Source of the DNA: Azolla caroliniana
Taxonomy: Eukaryota > Plantae > Polypodiophyta
Reading direction: 5' to 3'
DNA: 18,725 nt
Assembly: GCA_043228905.1 (NCBI GenBank)
Contig: JBHGNT010000634.1
Coordinates: forward strand, 1 to 18,725
Shown here: positions 1 through 11,708 of the stretch, piece after piece
How the letters are laid out: each line of letters opens with the position of its first letter
Numbering within the stretch: position 1 is the first letter of the stretch
The notes under the pieces: model-generated
The model's input: only the letters and a program-made list of their open reading frames with translations
Database searches by the model: none
Told to the model about the DNA's origin: nothing
Translations under genes and position numbers: made by a program

Positions 1-500
1 CGGTCGGACATTGTGCCTAAGGTTCCATCGGACTTTGTGCATATTCCACCATGTAACTTCTACAGAAGTGTCAATCAATCCAAGGTAAAGAGCATGTCCA
101 TGATATCGTTATCCTCCCATCGCAAGCGGTCATTCGATAGTCCGAACTCCGCCATTATTTAGCATGTATTGATTTGATTTAAACATATCCAATCAATTAG
201 ACCAGTTAATATATGTTCATTCCCATCTTTCTGTTACATGTTATATAGGTTCTTGATGCAGAACCTTCCAATCTCCGACCTAATCCCCATAGAAGTGCAC
301 TTAATGAGCTCTACCAAAACCTGGCTGCAAGGATCTCTGGACCTAGACCAGCAGCTGATGAAAGGAGCGTCGTACCATTGTGGACACGAGTCCTTGCGGT
401 CTTAATGCCGGGATTCTTTAACCATTCCATTGTTTACTACATTGATGCCATCCACGACCATTTCTTGCACAACGAAACATCTAGCTCCACACAAACCTGA
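1..500 (+). CDS. 3' end of a class-3 lipase (alpha/beta hydrolase, oil-body-lipase/OBL-like); exons <1-84 and 249-500
   Basis: Not in the ORF track. Frame 1 reads RSDIVPKVPSDFVHIPPCNFYRSVNQSK (DIVP-x-VP = catalytic-Asp motif of Lipase_3). GT donor at 85 (AAG|GTAAAG), AG acceptor at 247-248 (TTATATAG|GTT), phase 0. Exon 249-500 reads VLDAEPSN...LWTRVLAVLMPGFFNHSIVYYIDAI...TQT* (TGA 498-500). PG-x-x-x-HS-x-x-x-Y resembles the catalytic-His region of plant OBL lipases (family call from recall). Confidence 0.78.
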
Positions 501-1928
501 ATATATGTGTCAATATAATATGTCAACTAGCTGTCCTAGTCTAATCTCTAAGTCCCAAGTTTGTCAGGTAATTATGTACTCTAATGTAATCTTGCAAGGG
601 ATTGAATTTGCTTTCCATCATTTGTACTGCTTAGGAATCAATTATTGGAATACTCTTAGGGAGTTATATAAGGAATGGATTTGTGACTATAGTCAATTCA
701 TAATTCCTAAAGAACTTATTAGAGGCAATATTTTTTATATCTCATACATACAGTAATTTATGATCACCTAATGTCTTGTTTATTCATCCCATATAAGCCT
801 GTTTTTTTGTTTTATTCATCCCATAGTTAATCCCGTTTAATTTATAATCTGTACCAATGCTATTTCAATAATTGCCATAAATGATTCTTGTTTTGAAGAC
901 AACATTCATTTTCATAATCACATCCTTGCAATGACTCGACTACTTACTGCTAGTCAAACCATCCACTAAAACGAGTAGTTCAAATCACTGCATTTGCCAA
1001 CATAATTAAGATCTCATCACTTGTGATGTTTGTTTGATATATTTAATGAACAGTAAACACTCGATTTATAAGTGATTACTTTTTCTCAGTGACAGAATAA
1101 TATTCAATGATGTAAATAGTTAATGATATTTTTCGTCTAAATCCTTTAACTGCTTGTACTTAATGGCAACAACCGCATTTCCAAATTACAGCAAACTTTG
1201 GAAGTACACACCTTACCACTATTGCTCCAATTCAAAACCTCAGATTATACATAAAAAGTGGCTACATAACACTCTTGATTTTAGCCCATATGTTTTGCAG
1301 TTAACGCTAATGTTCACATTGTCTATGATTTAAGGGTAGCTCAGGATGTATACATGGGAAGTTGCGGCAAATCTAAGAATCGTTAATACTCGTCCACATG
1401 ATTGTATTAAACAAGTCACAGATGTCCACTGTAGAGAACAAGAGTGAAGAAATCAAGTGCACCATCCATTACAAATTAGCAATAAGCTACAGACATGTTC
1501 ACAAGTCATCCGACAGAGAATCTAGCAGAAAGAAGATTACTTGACAATAAGCAATAGAATTTCGCAGATCAAACATCATCATTCAGAGGCATGAGTCCTA
1601 AAAAGAAATATCATTCAGATCAGGAGGGTGAAAGATTACCATGCTGAAATAATAATTTACATCCGATTGGGATTTAATTACCTTTTTGTGTCAAATCAAA
1701 TACACGAGATTGCCTCTTATATAAGAGGCAATGGTAATAATCAACCCAACTAAATGTCTGGGAAGATATGGTAATGCACTATACAAGATTCAACCCAAAT
1801 GTCTGGTTTTTCTTTAACAATTAACTGTAAATTCCCTCTCTGAGAGATTATTGCTAACTGTGTTTGTTATGTGTGTATGTGTGTGTAATACATGTTTATA
1901 TGTATATGTCTCTGATCCATTGTCCACT

Positions 1929-3080
1929 TCACCAGAAATGGTGGTGTTTCTTATGGCCATCATGCTTTCCTCCATGGTTATGTTTATTATGGCCATGCCC
2001 ACTGTTATGGCCATGTCCACCTTGTGCCCCTTGCAAGCTCTGGATGCGATGATCGTCTTTCTTCTTCTCGCTATGCTCATGCCATGCATACGCTGCCGAG
2101 CCCAGCGCAGCCGCCCCCGCTATCTCAGCCTCAAGCTTATGCCTTCCTGCATGTGCTGGATCCACTTTGGCTTCATGTGCCTCATACTGTGAGCAAAACA
2201 CATCAATCACATAAGCCATTTCATACAATAGATTATACCAGCATCTTAACCAGCAGAATCTGATATTACCAACAGATATGGGGAGCATCTTAACAAGCAA
2301 AATCTGATATTGCCATTAGATATGGGGGGGAGCATCTTAACAAACAAAATCTGATATTACCATTAGATATGGGGGGGAGCATCTTAACAAACAAAATCTG
2401 ATATTACCATTAGATATGGGGGGGAGCATCTTAACAAACAAAATTTGGTACTACCATTAGATATAGGGGGGAGCATCTTAACAAACAAAATTTGATACTA
2501 CCAAAAGATATAGGGAGCATCTTAACAAAAAAAATCTGATATTACCATTAGATATGGGTACATCTTTAACAAACAAAATCTGATATTACCATAAGATATG
2601 GGGGCTATCTTTAACAAACAAAATCTGATATTACCAAAAGATATGGGGATCATCTTTAACAAAACAGAATCTGATATTACCCAAACATATAGGGAGTATT
2701 TTGGAAATCCCTAAGGACACACAGAGAAAGATAGACAGGATTCTTACCAGTGCGAAAGCGCCTGCTCCGACAGCAGCGACTTCGGCGATGTGTTCGTTAC
2801 GGGAGTGCCGATTTCGATCAGCTATCGCTCCCTGCAGTAATTGCTGTTGTTGGTAAGGATCGAAAGCCGAAGAAGAAGGGATGGGAGGAGGGTAAGGGTA
2901 TTGAGGGTAAGGCGATGGCTGAACATAGCTGTTATAAGGATTATTAATGGGAGGAGGATAGCTATATGATGATGGACCTGGAGATTCATAGCCATAGCCA
3001 TAGCCATTGCCATAGCCGTAGGCTTGTTGATCATATTGCTGCTGATGATGATGACCATGTTTGTTATGATGATGACCCAT
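1929..3080 (-). CDS. ASR: ASR (abscisic acid/stress/ripening) ABA-WDS family protein, 196 aa; exons 3080-2748 and 2186-1929
   Basis: ATG at 3080, donor CTG|GTAAGA at 2747, acceptor TCACAG|TAT at 2187, phase 0, TGA 1931-1929. The spliced protein reads ...[18 protein letters not shown]|[43 protein letters not shown]...KKHHHFW, matching the ABA/WDS domain with the usual single intron after GAFAL and His-rich termini. Confidence 0.93.
2240..2698. repeat. Intronic minisatellite, 10 copies of a 43-47 bp unit (AGCATCTTAACAAACAAAATCTGATATTACCATTAGATATG(G)n)
   Basis: Unit starts at about 2240, 2284, 2331, 2378, 2425, 2472, 2516, 2559, 2604 and 2649. Fills most of the 561-nt ASR intron. Confidence 0.95.
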
Positions 3081-3235
3081 ATTCTTGTATGTATGTTATA
3101 TAAAGTATGGATCTTGCTTCTTTAAATGTTTATATGTTCTTTAATTACTCTGTTTATATATGTATATGTGATGATTTGCCTACTCTGTTTATATATATAT
3201 GGCAATTACTCTGTTTTCCAAATTACTCTGTTCCT

Positions 3236-3355
3236 CTATTTATAGTAGGGAGACAAAGATTGTGTACTGCACGCGTTTCCGTGTTCAGACCTAGTCGGAC
3301 AAAGAACACCATATAGGACTGAACAAAAAGGAGATCACTATTTTCTTACACACGT
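3236..3355 (-). promoter_or_regulatory. Putative ASR core promoter: TATA box with ABA/drought cis-elements
   Basis: Minus strand: CTATAAATAG (3245-3236), CE3/CGCG-type ACGCGTG (3276-3270), DRE/CRT core CCGAC (3298-3294), ABRE core ACGTG (3355-3351). The motifs are short; support comes from their order and position 155-275 nt upstream of the ATG. Confidence 0.55.
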
Positions 3356-3388
3356 TTTTAACTACACATTAAACAATTACTGCTGCCT

Positions 3389-3458
3389 CATCATCATCTT
3401 CATCTTCATCTTCATTTCCTTCTTCATATACTTCTTCTTCTTCTGCTTCTTCTTCATC
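3389..3458. repeat. Trinucleotide low-complexity tract (TCA/TCT)n
   Basis: tcatcatcttcatcttcatc...cttcttcttcttctgcttcttcttc. Explains the spurious E/D-rich and K/M-rich ORFs 3369-3587. Confidence 0.8.
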
Positions 3459-3570
3459 AATCCAGAAAAGCATAGCATATATATGTATGCAAACATAGCA
3501 TATATCAATAATATCCACTCTACCAATTGACCTACCAACTTTAGCAGTGAAATCATTTCCACCATAGTCA

Positions 3571-3879
3571 CTTGCATACACACTCACCCATCATCTCCCA
3601 CCAAATCTGTCAATGTAACGAATCCGTGTACATACCAACATCTACTCCTTGCATACACACTCACACATCATCTTCCACCAAATCTGTCAATGTAACGAAC
3701 CCGTGTACATACATACCAACACCTACTCCATATGTACAAACTAGTTTAATGTCACGGATTCAATAAAGTTAACATACACATATTTGTCAATGTAACAAAT
3801 CCATGTACATACCAACACCTACTCCATATGTACAAACTATGTAGTTTAATGTCACGGATTCAATAAAGTTAACATACAC
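3571..3879. repeat. Compound tandem duplication (about 77-bp and 96-99-bp overlapping units)
   Basis: cttgcatacacactcac at 3571 and 3648; tgtcaatgtaac at 3608, 3686 and 3785; actccatatgtacaaacta...gttaacatacac at about 3725-3779 and 3821-3879. Confidence 0.9.
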
Positions 3880-4728
3880 GTTCACAACAAATTATTCTCA
3901 TTTTCAAAACTTTTAACATAGACAAACACAAGACAATGTCCACATTAGATCATTTGATCATACATTTATTCTGACTTCCCCTAAAAGTCACCTTGACAAA
4001 ACAAAATCCTCATTATTTCAAAAGTTTGAACGTAGAAGATATGAATAACAACACTCCATAATCATGGTCCTAATTTGTCGCATTTCATGTATTCATCATT
4101 TCAAAGAGAAGATTTAGCTTTCTTGAAGTTTTATTATTCCTTGATATGACATGTAAAAATGACAAGCACTATCAACGTTTCTCTATCATACATACACTTT
4201 GCCTGAAGATGACATTATTAAGTTGACATCCTCAATATAATTTCCTTGAATGCTTTGCTCAACGTATCAAGATATACATGAAAAGATAAATCAAACTTAG
4301 TTCACATTTTCCAATGCTCATTCGAAAACAAATACCACAACAACAAAAGTTATGAATCATTTGTAAATTCTTCATAAATGGAACAAAATTTGCATCCCTT
4401 AAATGAAAAGGAGTGCATATGTATACACAAATGGGACAAAATTTTGCATCCCTTGATGGATGAATGCACCATTATAAAGCCAACCGTTTGATGTGGTAGA
4501 CAGGAGGAAAACTCCACTTGTGTACACACTCCATAGATATGTATGGTATTGTTTTTCACCTCTTAGAAACCTGCAATGCTAGGTTATGCAGAAAAGAGGA
4601 ATCCTTATATATACAATACAAGCTGTCGGACCAAAAATTCACATCCCACCATGAAGCCAGGGAATGTGATGAAATGCTTCCAGAAGCACAAAAAATATGA
4701 TGTACTGAAATATGAATTCAGATATTTC

Positions 4729-7700
4729 CTACATGGGTGGGAAATACTTGTTCATGTTGAAGGGAAGTGAGTAGAATTCTTCATTTCGGGTGTCTCCTTT
4801 CCATGTCCTGAATTTAGTCCACAATAACATGCCTCGATCTCTTTCTGAGCTCTTCGCTTGCAAAGTATTGTCAAGTGTCATGCTCACTATGAATGAAACC
4901 GTCGCTGCAGAGGTGAAGATGACAAAGAACATGTCGTTGAACTGTGTACATGTAACATTTAAGATATATTAACCCCCTCAAACCCATAGGAAACATGTAC
5001 ATTTCAATCTTCATTCATTTGAATAGCAAAATAAGCAAAGCAGTTAGCTTTGAACATAGATAAATATCCAAAATATACTACATGTCGACAATATTTACAT
5101 GTTTCAGTACTTTCTCCATAAAACACATCCAATGCCCAAACAATAAATTTCAGTATTCCAAATAAAACTAAATTATAAAGCCACTAACACATTTTAACTG
5201 TAACACAATGGTGATGGAGTTTGTTAGTTACCCAATGAGAATGAGTGTGAACTGGACCGTGGCCTGATGCAGCTGCATAGTCAATGAAATACTTTGGAAT
5301 AGACAAACCCATGAAGGTGGAGAATCCCAGAATAAACAAGCTCCGAGGGTGATTCACGTTCACGAATTGAAGGAATGATAGACCACATGCTACTGCACAT
5401 TGAAATAATTTTTTGCTCAAATCAACCATCATTAAGATTCTATACATGAGCCAACTTCTGATAGAATGGATGAAGAAAGTTGATTCAAACAAAACATCCC
5501 TTTTCAGAGTATTTTCTTTGTTTTCTTTTTGAGTTGTTACTTACCCACTTTAGCGAACAATACACAAAACAGTGCAGCCACAATAGGGCTCGGCACAGAA
5601 GCAAATAGAGCACCAAACTTCCCTGCATTTGCATGTAAAAAATTGTCAAGGACTCTATTGATTAATGCATACTTGTAAAGGTGCAAACAACATCGATGAA
5701 GGGCAGAGAAATACCGAATAATGAAAAGAAAATCATAAATGCGGCTGCAATCTGTACCACACGTTTACTGCCAACTCTAGTAAGGCCAAGGAGGCCAGCA
5801 TTCTCTCTATAACATGTAAATATTATCAACAAATGTTACCATGCAACAAAATGATTCTAAGATATCCATGGTAAATATCCTGATTGTTCTCAGCTTACAC
5901 TGAAACAGAAGATCCACTTGCTGTTCCAAACAACCCATTTATTAAAATACCGAGCCCCTATACGAAGACAAGTGAAGGCAAAAAAAAATTGCTTGGCTGA
6001 TAAGAAGGCTGTTGTTTCAACGTTTTTGGCAGGATATAAAATGAAATACATAACAAATCACCTGCCATCCAATTCCTCGACTCAAAACAAATGGAGGTGG
6101 TGGAGTGGCCCCAGCAAATCGAGAAACAGCCAGGAATCCTCCACTGGACTGCAACACAATTAACAGTCACATGTAAATTATACGTAGCTCCACAAGGATA
6201 ATCATTTAAGAGCAGAGTAAGTACATGATTACTTGAACATCATACTCAGTTGCATGGAATTTCTATGTATCTAATTTAAGAATGCCAAAATTACCTCAAC
6301 CAAGGAAACTAGCACTGCAGCCATCATGCCAAACGTATGACTTGCATGAAATGTTGGAGCACCCCATTGAAGAGGATAAGGAATGCGTAGCCTGGAAAAT
6401 TAAAATTAAAATGAACTCACACTTTCGACAACATTGATGTTCCAACTCAATATCAGCTTAGGTACATATAAACTGTAATACACAACTAGGAAATACTGAA
6501 AGAAAATTAGTAGAGGAAAAGTGGTCTTATATCAATAAAAAATGTCTATCCAATATTTATCCACAAGTAACACCTGATTGACATGTGTTATTCAGCCTCA
6601 TGTTACAGTATGCACTGACATGTTCTTCCTCACATGTACATTACTTATATTCATCGAGTTTCAAAGGGTTCTTGACTCCGTCCAATTGGGTACAATTCAA
6701 AGAAGATCTTGTACTATACAATGAACGACAAAACCAATCAAGGTAATCCAAATTGGCATACCAAGGTGATGAAACAACCAATGACGCTCGATCAGTTCGG
6801 CAGTTGGAAGCAGTAGCATCTGAGGCATGTTTGTAGGCTCCCATTACTGTGAGGAGGTGTGCATAGCCCCAAACAATGGCCACACTTATAAGCACCGAGA
6901 ATTTTTCCAGCAAGTGTTTTCCCATTTTAACGTTCTTCAAGAACTGCATTTTATGACTGCAATTAGCAATCACAATTTACAGGGTAAAAACATAAAAAGA
7001 AATGCACACAAAACACATTAAAGAGGCATGCAGTTGGTTACCTGTGACAACAGTACTAGGATAATGATTTGGGGAATCCCTATTTCCACACATTTCCCAA
7101 CCTGGAAGAAAAGACTTAGTAAGACTCAGCCAATATCTGACTCTAACATCGACAATTCTTTCAGCAAAACTGCATCTTTCTGAATGTTTTTTGAGTGTAA
7201 GAATATCATACCCCTGGAAAGCCAAGCTCATACAGTCCTAATCCAACCATACCAACCAGAGAAGCAGCTGTAAGTGGGCTGATGAATCTGCATATAATCA
7301 TCATCATCAGAATAGAGGTTACTTCATCTTGATTAGCTAGCACTACAAAAGCTGTCAATTATAGTGTCGAAGAAGTAAACTCAATGCAAGAGGTCCGGTT
7401 CCATAGAAGTTAATGTAAAAAACAGCAACTTGCACAACTATTAGTGAACTTTCATTCCTAACCTGGTGACAATACCCCAGAGTCCACTAAAACCAAGAAC
7501 AATTTGTATGCTTGAAGATGAAATCAGGGCACCTTGAATGGCCCTCATGGTGTGAAGAAACCTCTGCAAATTTGAAACATCCAGAACATATGCAAACGAA
7601 TTAATACATTCTAAACACAGTATATCGGATAGATACATGTCAAGTGGAACTTTAGGTCATACCAAACGGTCATCTTGTATTGCTTGAAGCCGATCAGAGT

Positions 7701-8321
7701 AAATGATTGAAAGTGTGGGGACAAGAAAAGCATAGGAACCGCCCACAACACAAGGCAGACAAGTACCCACTACTGATTGAAGCAAAGTATTGATACCAGC
7801 AGTGAAAAGAAGAGTCTGAAACACTCTGGCCTTGTCATTCTGTGCAACCACAAGACACCAAAATCGGTTGTCAGTAATAGCCAGATCATGGGGACAAAAA
7901 AAAACTATACACACCATAAAAGTTGCATCCATTGCAATTAAGGATGAATAAAACCCTAAACCCTAAATTTCAGTACTTTGCTTGTTCCATAGCTGTGTAA
8001 TTCCATGAGCTACCATTACTTGTGCAGATCCGAAGTTGAAAGACCACTCACCAAGTCACCACCCATCTGTGGAACCAATATAGTTGGAATAAGGATTGAC
8101 GTCCCCAACACAACAAAGTAATGCTGAAATCCCAATATCAGAGCTTGAGCTACAGAATCAGAGAGGATATCAAGAAACACAGTTAGCAAACACTTCAAAG
8201 AAGAGAAAGAGAGCAATCGCACATTCGAATTAGAAATTTTCACCCAAAACTTTGTTTCTCACGTGACCATAATGCCGTGGATTATGCCTAAATCATAATG
8301 CCGGAATGCAGCATATAAGGA

Positions 8322-8352
<31 letters not shown>

Positions 8353-8609
8353 TACAGAAAAGGCTTTTACCTTTGCCAGGAAATGTGATCCAATGTTACA
8401 ATCACGTTAAGAGGAATGAATTGATCAATTGCTAAGAAAATGTATGAAATGAAATATGATGATTAAAGAGTTAAGACAAGAGAATCGAACTCACTCCATG
8501 GTGGTGGGCTGGTAATGCAGAAATCAATGCCTCTGAGTTGATCCTGAGGCTGATGTGCACCTTCATCATTCCCTATCTTTTGGCTCTGATTTTGCTTCTG
8601 ATTAGTCAT
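4729..8609 (-). CDS. NAT: Nucleobase-ascorbate transporter (NAT/NCS2, xanthine/uracil permease family), 14 exons, 531 aa
   Basis: Exons (all GT-AG, phases consistent, sum 1596 nt): 8609-8495, 8149-8052, 7839-7663, 7563-7463, 7287-7212, 7101-7042, 6943-6762, 6391-6295, 6148-6062, 5957-5899, 5806-5715, 5622-5545, 5392-5232, 4941-4729. Motifs: DQLRGIDFCITSPPPW, LGFQHY (QH motif), YPLQWGAPTF, ATPPPPFVLSRGIGWQG, NAT signature ENAGLLGLTRVGSKRV, C-terminal DTRNEEFYSLPFNMNKYFPPM*. Confidence 0.96.
8327..8352. repeat. (GA)13 microsatellite in NAT intron 1
   Basis: Perfect GA dinucleotide run. Confidence 0.9.
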
Positions 8610-9702
8610 TGCGTGAGCTCGCTCTCAAGATGATAGCAGACGGAGAGAGAAGCAAACAAAAAAAAACCAGAGCTACAGAGGAGCAGGAGACGGAGGAATC
8701 AAACAAACAAACAAACAAAAAAAAAAAGTTTTTACTTTGTCGGTTCAGGTTTCTTGAGTAAGGTTTTTTATCAGTAAAGAAAACACCACCATTACCCAAA
8801 AACAGAGAATTTCTTAAAGAAAAATGCAAAAAACAGGGAGGAGACAAACAACCCCAAAAACACAACAGCAATTTCAGGTTTTCGTTGAAATTAATCAGGC
8901 TTTTTTCCTTGAAAATTACACTCTCTGATTGTTTTTGGGTTCCTTGAACAATGTGAAGAAGCAAGGAAGAGGAGATTTTAAATACAAAATCTCCAAACAG
9001 ATCTCAGAATTGATTAAAACAGAGCCTTGAGAAGGGGGGAAATCTCTGTACTAAAAAAACAATAAAAATTGTTTGCAGACAAGAGACTAGACTCTCTCTT
9101 TAAAAATCATTACAAATCTCTAGAAAAATGATGACCATTTCCCTATGACACAGATGATGGATGGTCTTTCCGATAAATTAAAAAACCAAAAAAACAAATT
9201 GCCCGCAACGATTGCTTTTCCATCTCTCTCTACAAATTCTTAATGCATCTCTCTGAGAATAAACAGGAACATAAGCCTTGAATCTCTATGGAAATCATAA
9301 TGCTTTTTTTTCGCCTGGTTTCAAACAAACACCCCTGTGTCTGGTTCAGTTCAGTTTTTGAGCAAATGGAGGAGAGGCTTCTGCCTCATTTACAGATCAA
9401 CAACGGTCAGATATCAGATGAGACAGACTGACTGACTGATTTGTCCATTTTTTTTTCCTCATTGAAATTTGAAATGAAAAATTGGATGGAAATGAAATGC
9501 CATTGAAATTGGAGCTAAATGAAATCATCTAAATTTGAATGAATAAAAAAATGCAGTGGAGTGGACTTCTAAGAGCCATCCATCATCATTTATTACATTT
9601 TGTTTTTGTTTTTTTAATTGTATGGAAGGAATGTTTGTGTGTGTTTTTATTTTTAACCTGTGTGGGGTTCAGCAAAAAGGCAAAATCGATCAGAGTCCTG
9701 CC

Positions 9703-9737
9703 TGATGATGATGATGGTGATGGTGATGATGATGATC
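9703..9737. repeat. (GAT)n microsatellite
   Basis: tgatgatgatgatggtgatggtgatgatgatgat. Confidence 0.8.
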
Positions 9738-9988
9738 AAATTTGCAGAAAAAAACTATGATGTGATTTGATGGGCCTTCTTCCAATGGTACAATTTTCAA
9801 GCAATTAAAATTTATTGAAATTATTTAATATTACATAGCAGATTTTCAATAAAACAAAAGAATTTGGAGGAATACATACATATATAATAGAAAGATGAAG
9901 AAGAAGAAGGAGAAAGTGGTTTTTTTTTTTTGCTATTAATTGTGAAGTGAAGTGACTGCTTACTACCATACTAGGTAGGCAGTAAGTA

Positions 9989-10018
9989 ATGTATGTATGT
10001 ATGTATGTATGTATGTAT
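9989..10018. repeat. (ATGT)7 microsatellite, with degenerate continuation to about 10170
   Basis: atgtatgtatgtatgtatgtatgtatgtat. Confidence 0.85.
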
Positions 10019-10220
10019 ATAATATGTATGTAGCTCAGAATTTGCTTTGAAAACTTCATCACACAATAACTGCTATACACATTCATACATGTATGATGTA
10101 TGTATGTAATAATGTATGTATTTTAATTTGTATATGTACATTATAGAGATACATATATGTACATACATACTGTATAGCCCAACTACATATGCTCTGTAAA
10201 TAATAAGGTGGTGGTGAATC

Positions 10221-10385
10221 ATGGATGGTGATGCATCATTGCATACATGGATGGTGAGTGATGCATGCATGCATGGATGGATGGTCAGTGGTGATACATC
10301 ATTGCATACATGGATGGTGGGTAATGGATGCATGCATGCCTGGATGGTCATTGGTGATGCATGCATGGATGGATGTATGGATAGT
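10221..10385. repeat. Degenerate ATGG/ATGC-rich tandem repeat
   Basis: Recurring catggatggt...gatgcatgcatgc and gtgat(g/a)catcattgcatacatggatggtg. Generates the repetitive ORFs 10073-10516. Confidence 0.8.
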
Positions 10386-11550
10386 GGAGGAGAGGAATGT
10401 TTCTTCTCGACAAGGCCACATTTGTTCGGATGTTGCGCATTCCATTGTAGCCAAAAGGAACAACGATATACATAGCTAGCACCCACCCCCAACGAATAAT
10501 CGTAGGTCTCGATCATTTCCTCGAGTTCATTTTTTTGTATGGTTTCAACCTTAGCCTACGTACATTCAATCTTCTTGAAGGACCCCGACTAGCATTACTC
10601 GTATTGCAATTTCTATCTCGACCTGCTCAGTTTGTTTGGCACTTTTATATTAAAAGAACCCATGCATTCATCTTGTGTGCCGTCTAGTCTAGTGAGCACA
10701 TTAGAATAGGCCTTTATTTTTGGGGTGTCCTATGTTTGCCCATGATTTTCATAAAATGGCCATTGCACTAGCCCACCATGTCGACCAAAGGCATCACTTC
10801 CTTACTCTCAAACCACAGATAGAGCAAACCAAGGGTTGACATGGAGGAAGATAAAAATGAATGGGGGTTTGCCAATGGAATTTTGCCCCAATTCGTTTTT
10901 TGCCACTAGAAAATTTGCTTGTAACATGGTAGATTGTAGTGTATGTATATTTTTTTTATTGAATTATTTTTGTATATGAGCATATCACCGGCCCAGGAGG
11001 TCATCTCTACTTTTGTAGCATTTCAATTTGCTTCTATTAATGAAGTATGGGAGGTCATCTCTATCCAATGTGCGTGGTTTATAAGGTCCCTTCTTTGTCG
11101 TAATAATTGTGATGCTACATGGCTCTTGTCCTCAAAGTTTTGGTTTCTTTTTGGTGTCATGACCTTACTATTTTGCCACCTCTGTTGTTGATCTTTTTTA
11201 AGAGACCTAATCAGCTATTCGAGATTCTCTAAGCATTTGGTGACATGGTTGCCTTCCCACCTTTCCTTGGACTATTATATATGCACTCTAACAAACAAAT
11301 GATAGCCAAAAAGTACCATTTTTTTCCTTGTCAAGAAATTTTGGGGTTACCTATCGATTTTCTGGCAAGAGTTTGAATTTACACCCACGCGATAAGTGTT
11401 TTTTCCTCTACCATTGAATCACTAATTCGAGGTCCAAATCAAAGTTATGAAAGGTTTTTTTGTCCCCACTAGTTGGAAGAAAATTCAGAATTGAGGGTCC
11501 ATCCCAACAAAACACAAGCTTGGAATATCAATGTCACTAGTTGAAGAAAC

Positions 11551-11708
11551 AAAATTGGTCTAGCTAAGACCAATTTCTAAATTTAGGCTTAGAAAAGAGC
11601 CGAATCCAAATGTTAGCCTTGCACGTGAGAAAAATTTAGCCTAAAGCCAAACATAAAATTAACATAGTGTACGCCTAAATCTAAATTGGCCCTAGCTAGG
11701 GGAATTTT
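11551..11708. repeat. Short fold-back (MITE-like) with about 36-bp imperfect inverted ends
   Basis: aaaattggtctagctaagaccaatttctaaatttaggc (11551-11588) versus the reverse complement of gcctaaatctaaattggccctagctaggggaatttt (11673-11708). No clear TSD. Confidence 0.45.

Noticed and set aside
430-756. 108-aa plus ORF
   Set aside because: Non-ATG start, out of frame with the lipase last exon, runs into AT-rich 3' UTR.
2240-2698. CRISPR-like regular repeat
   Set aside because: Head-to-tail units without unique spacers, inside a eukaryotic intron, and no cas genes.
3369-3587. Acidic and K/M-rich short ORFs
   Set aside because: Products of the trinucleotide tract.
1-8609. Lipase-ASR-NAT as a functional gene cluster
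   Set aside because: Unrelated families with no shared pathway evident; ordinary neighbourhood.
8602-8964. 120-aa minus ORF overlapping the NAT start
   Set aside because: Non-ATG start in T-rich leader (or 5' UTR intron) sequence, out of frame with NAT.
10073-10516. Repetitive ORFs on both strands
   Set aside because: Derived from ATGG/ATGC repeats; no domain evidence.
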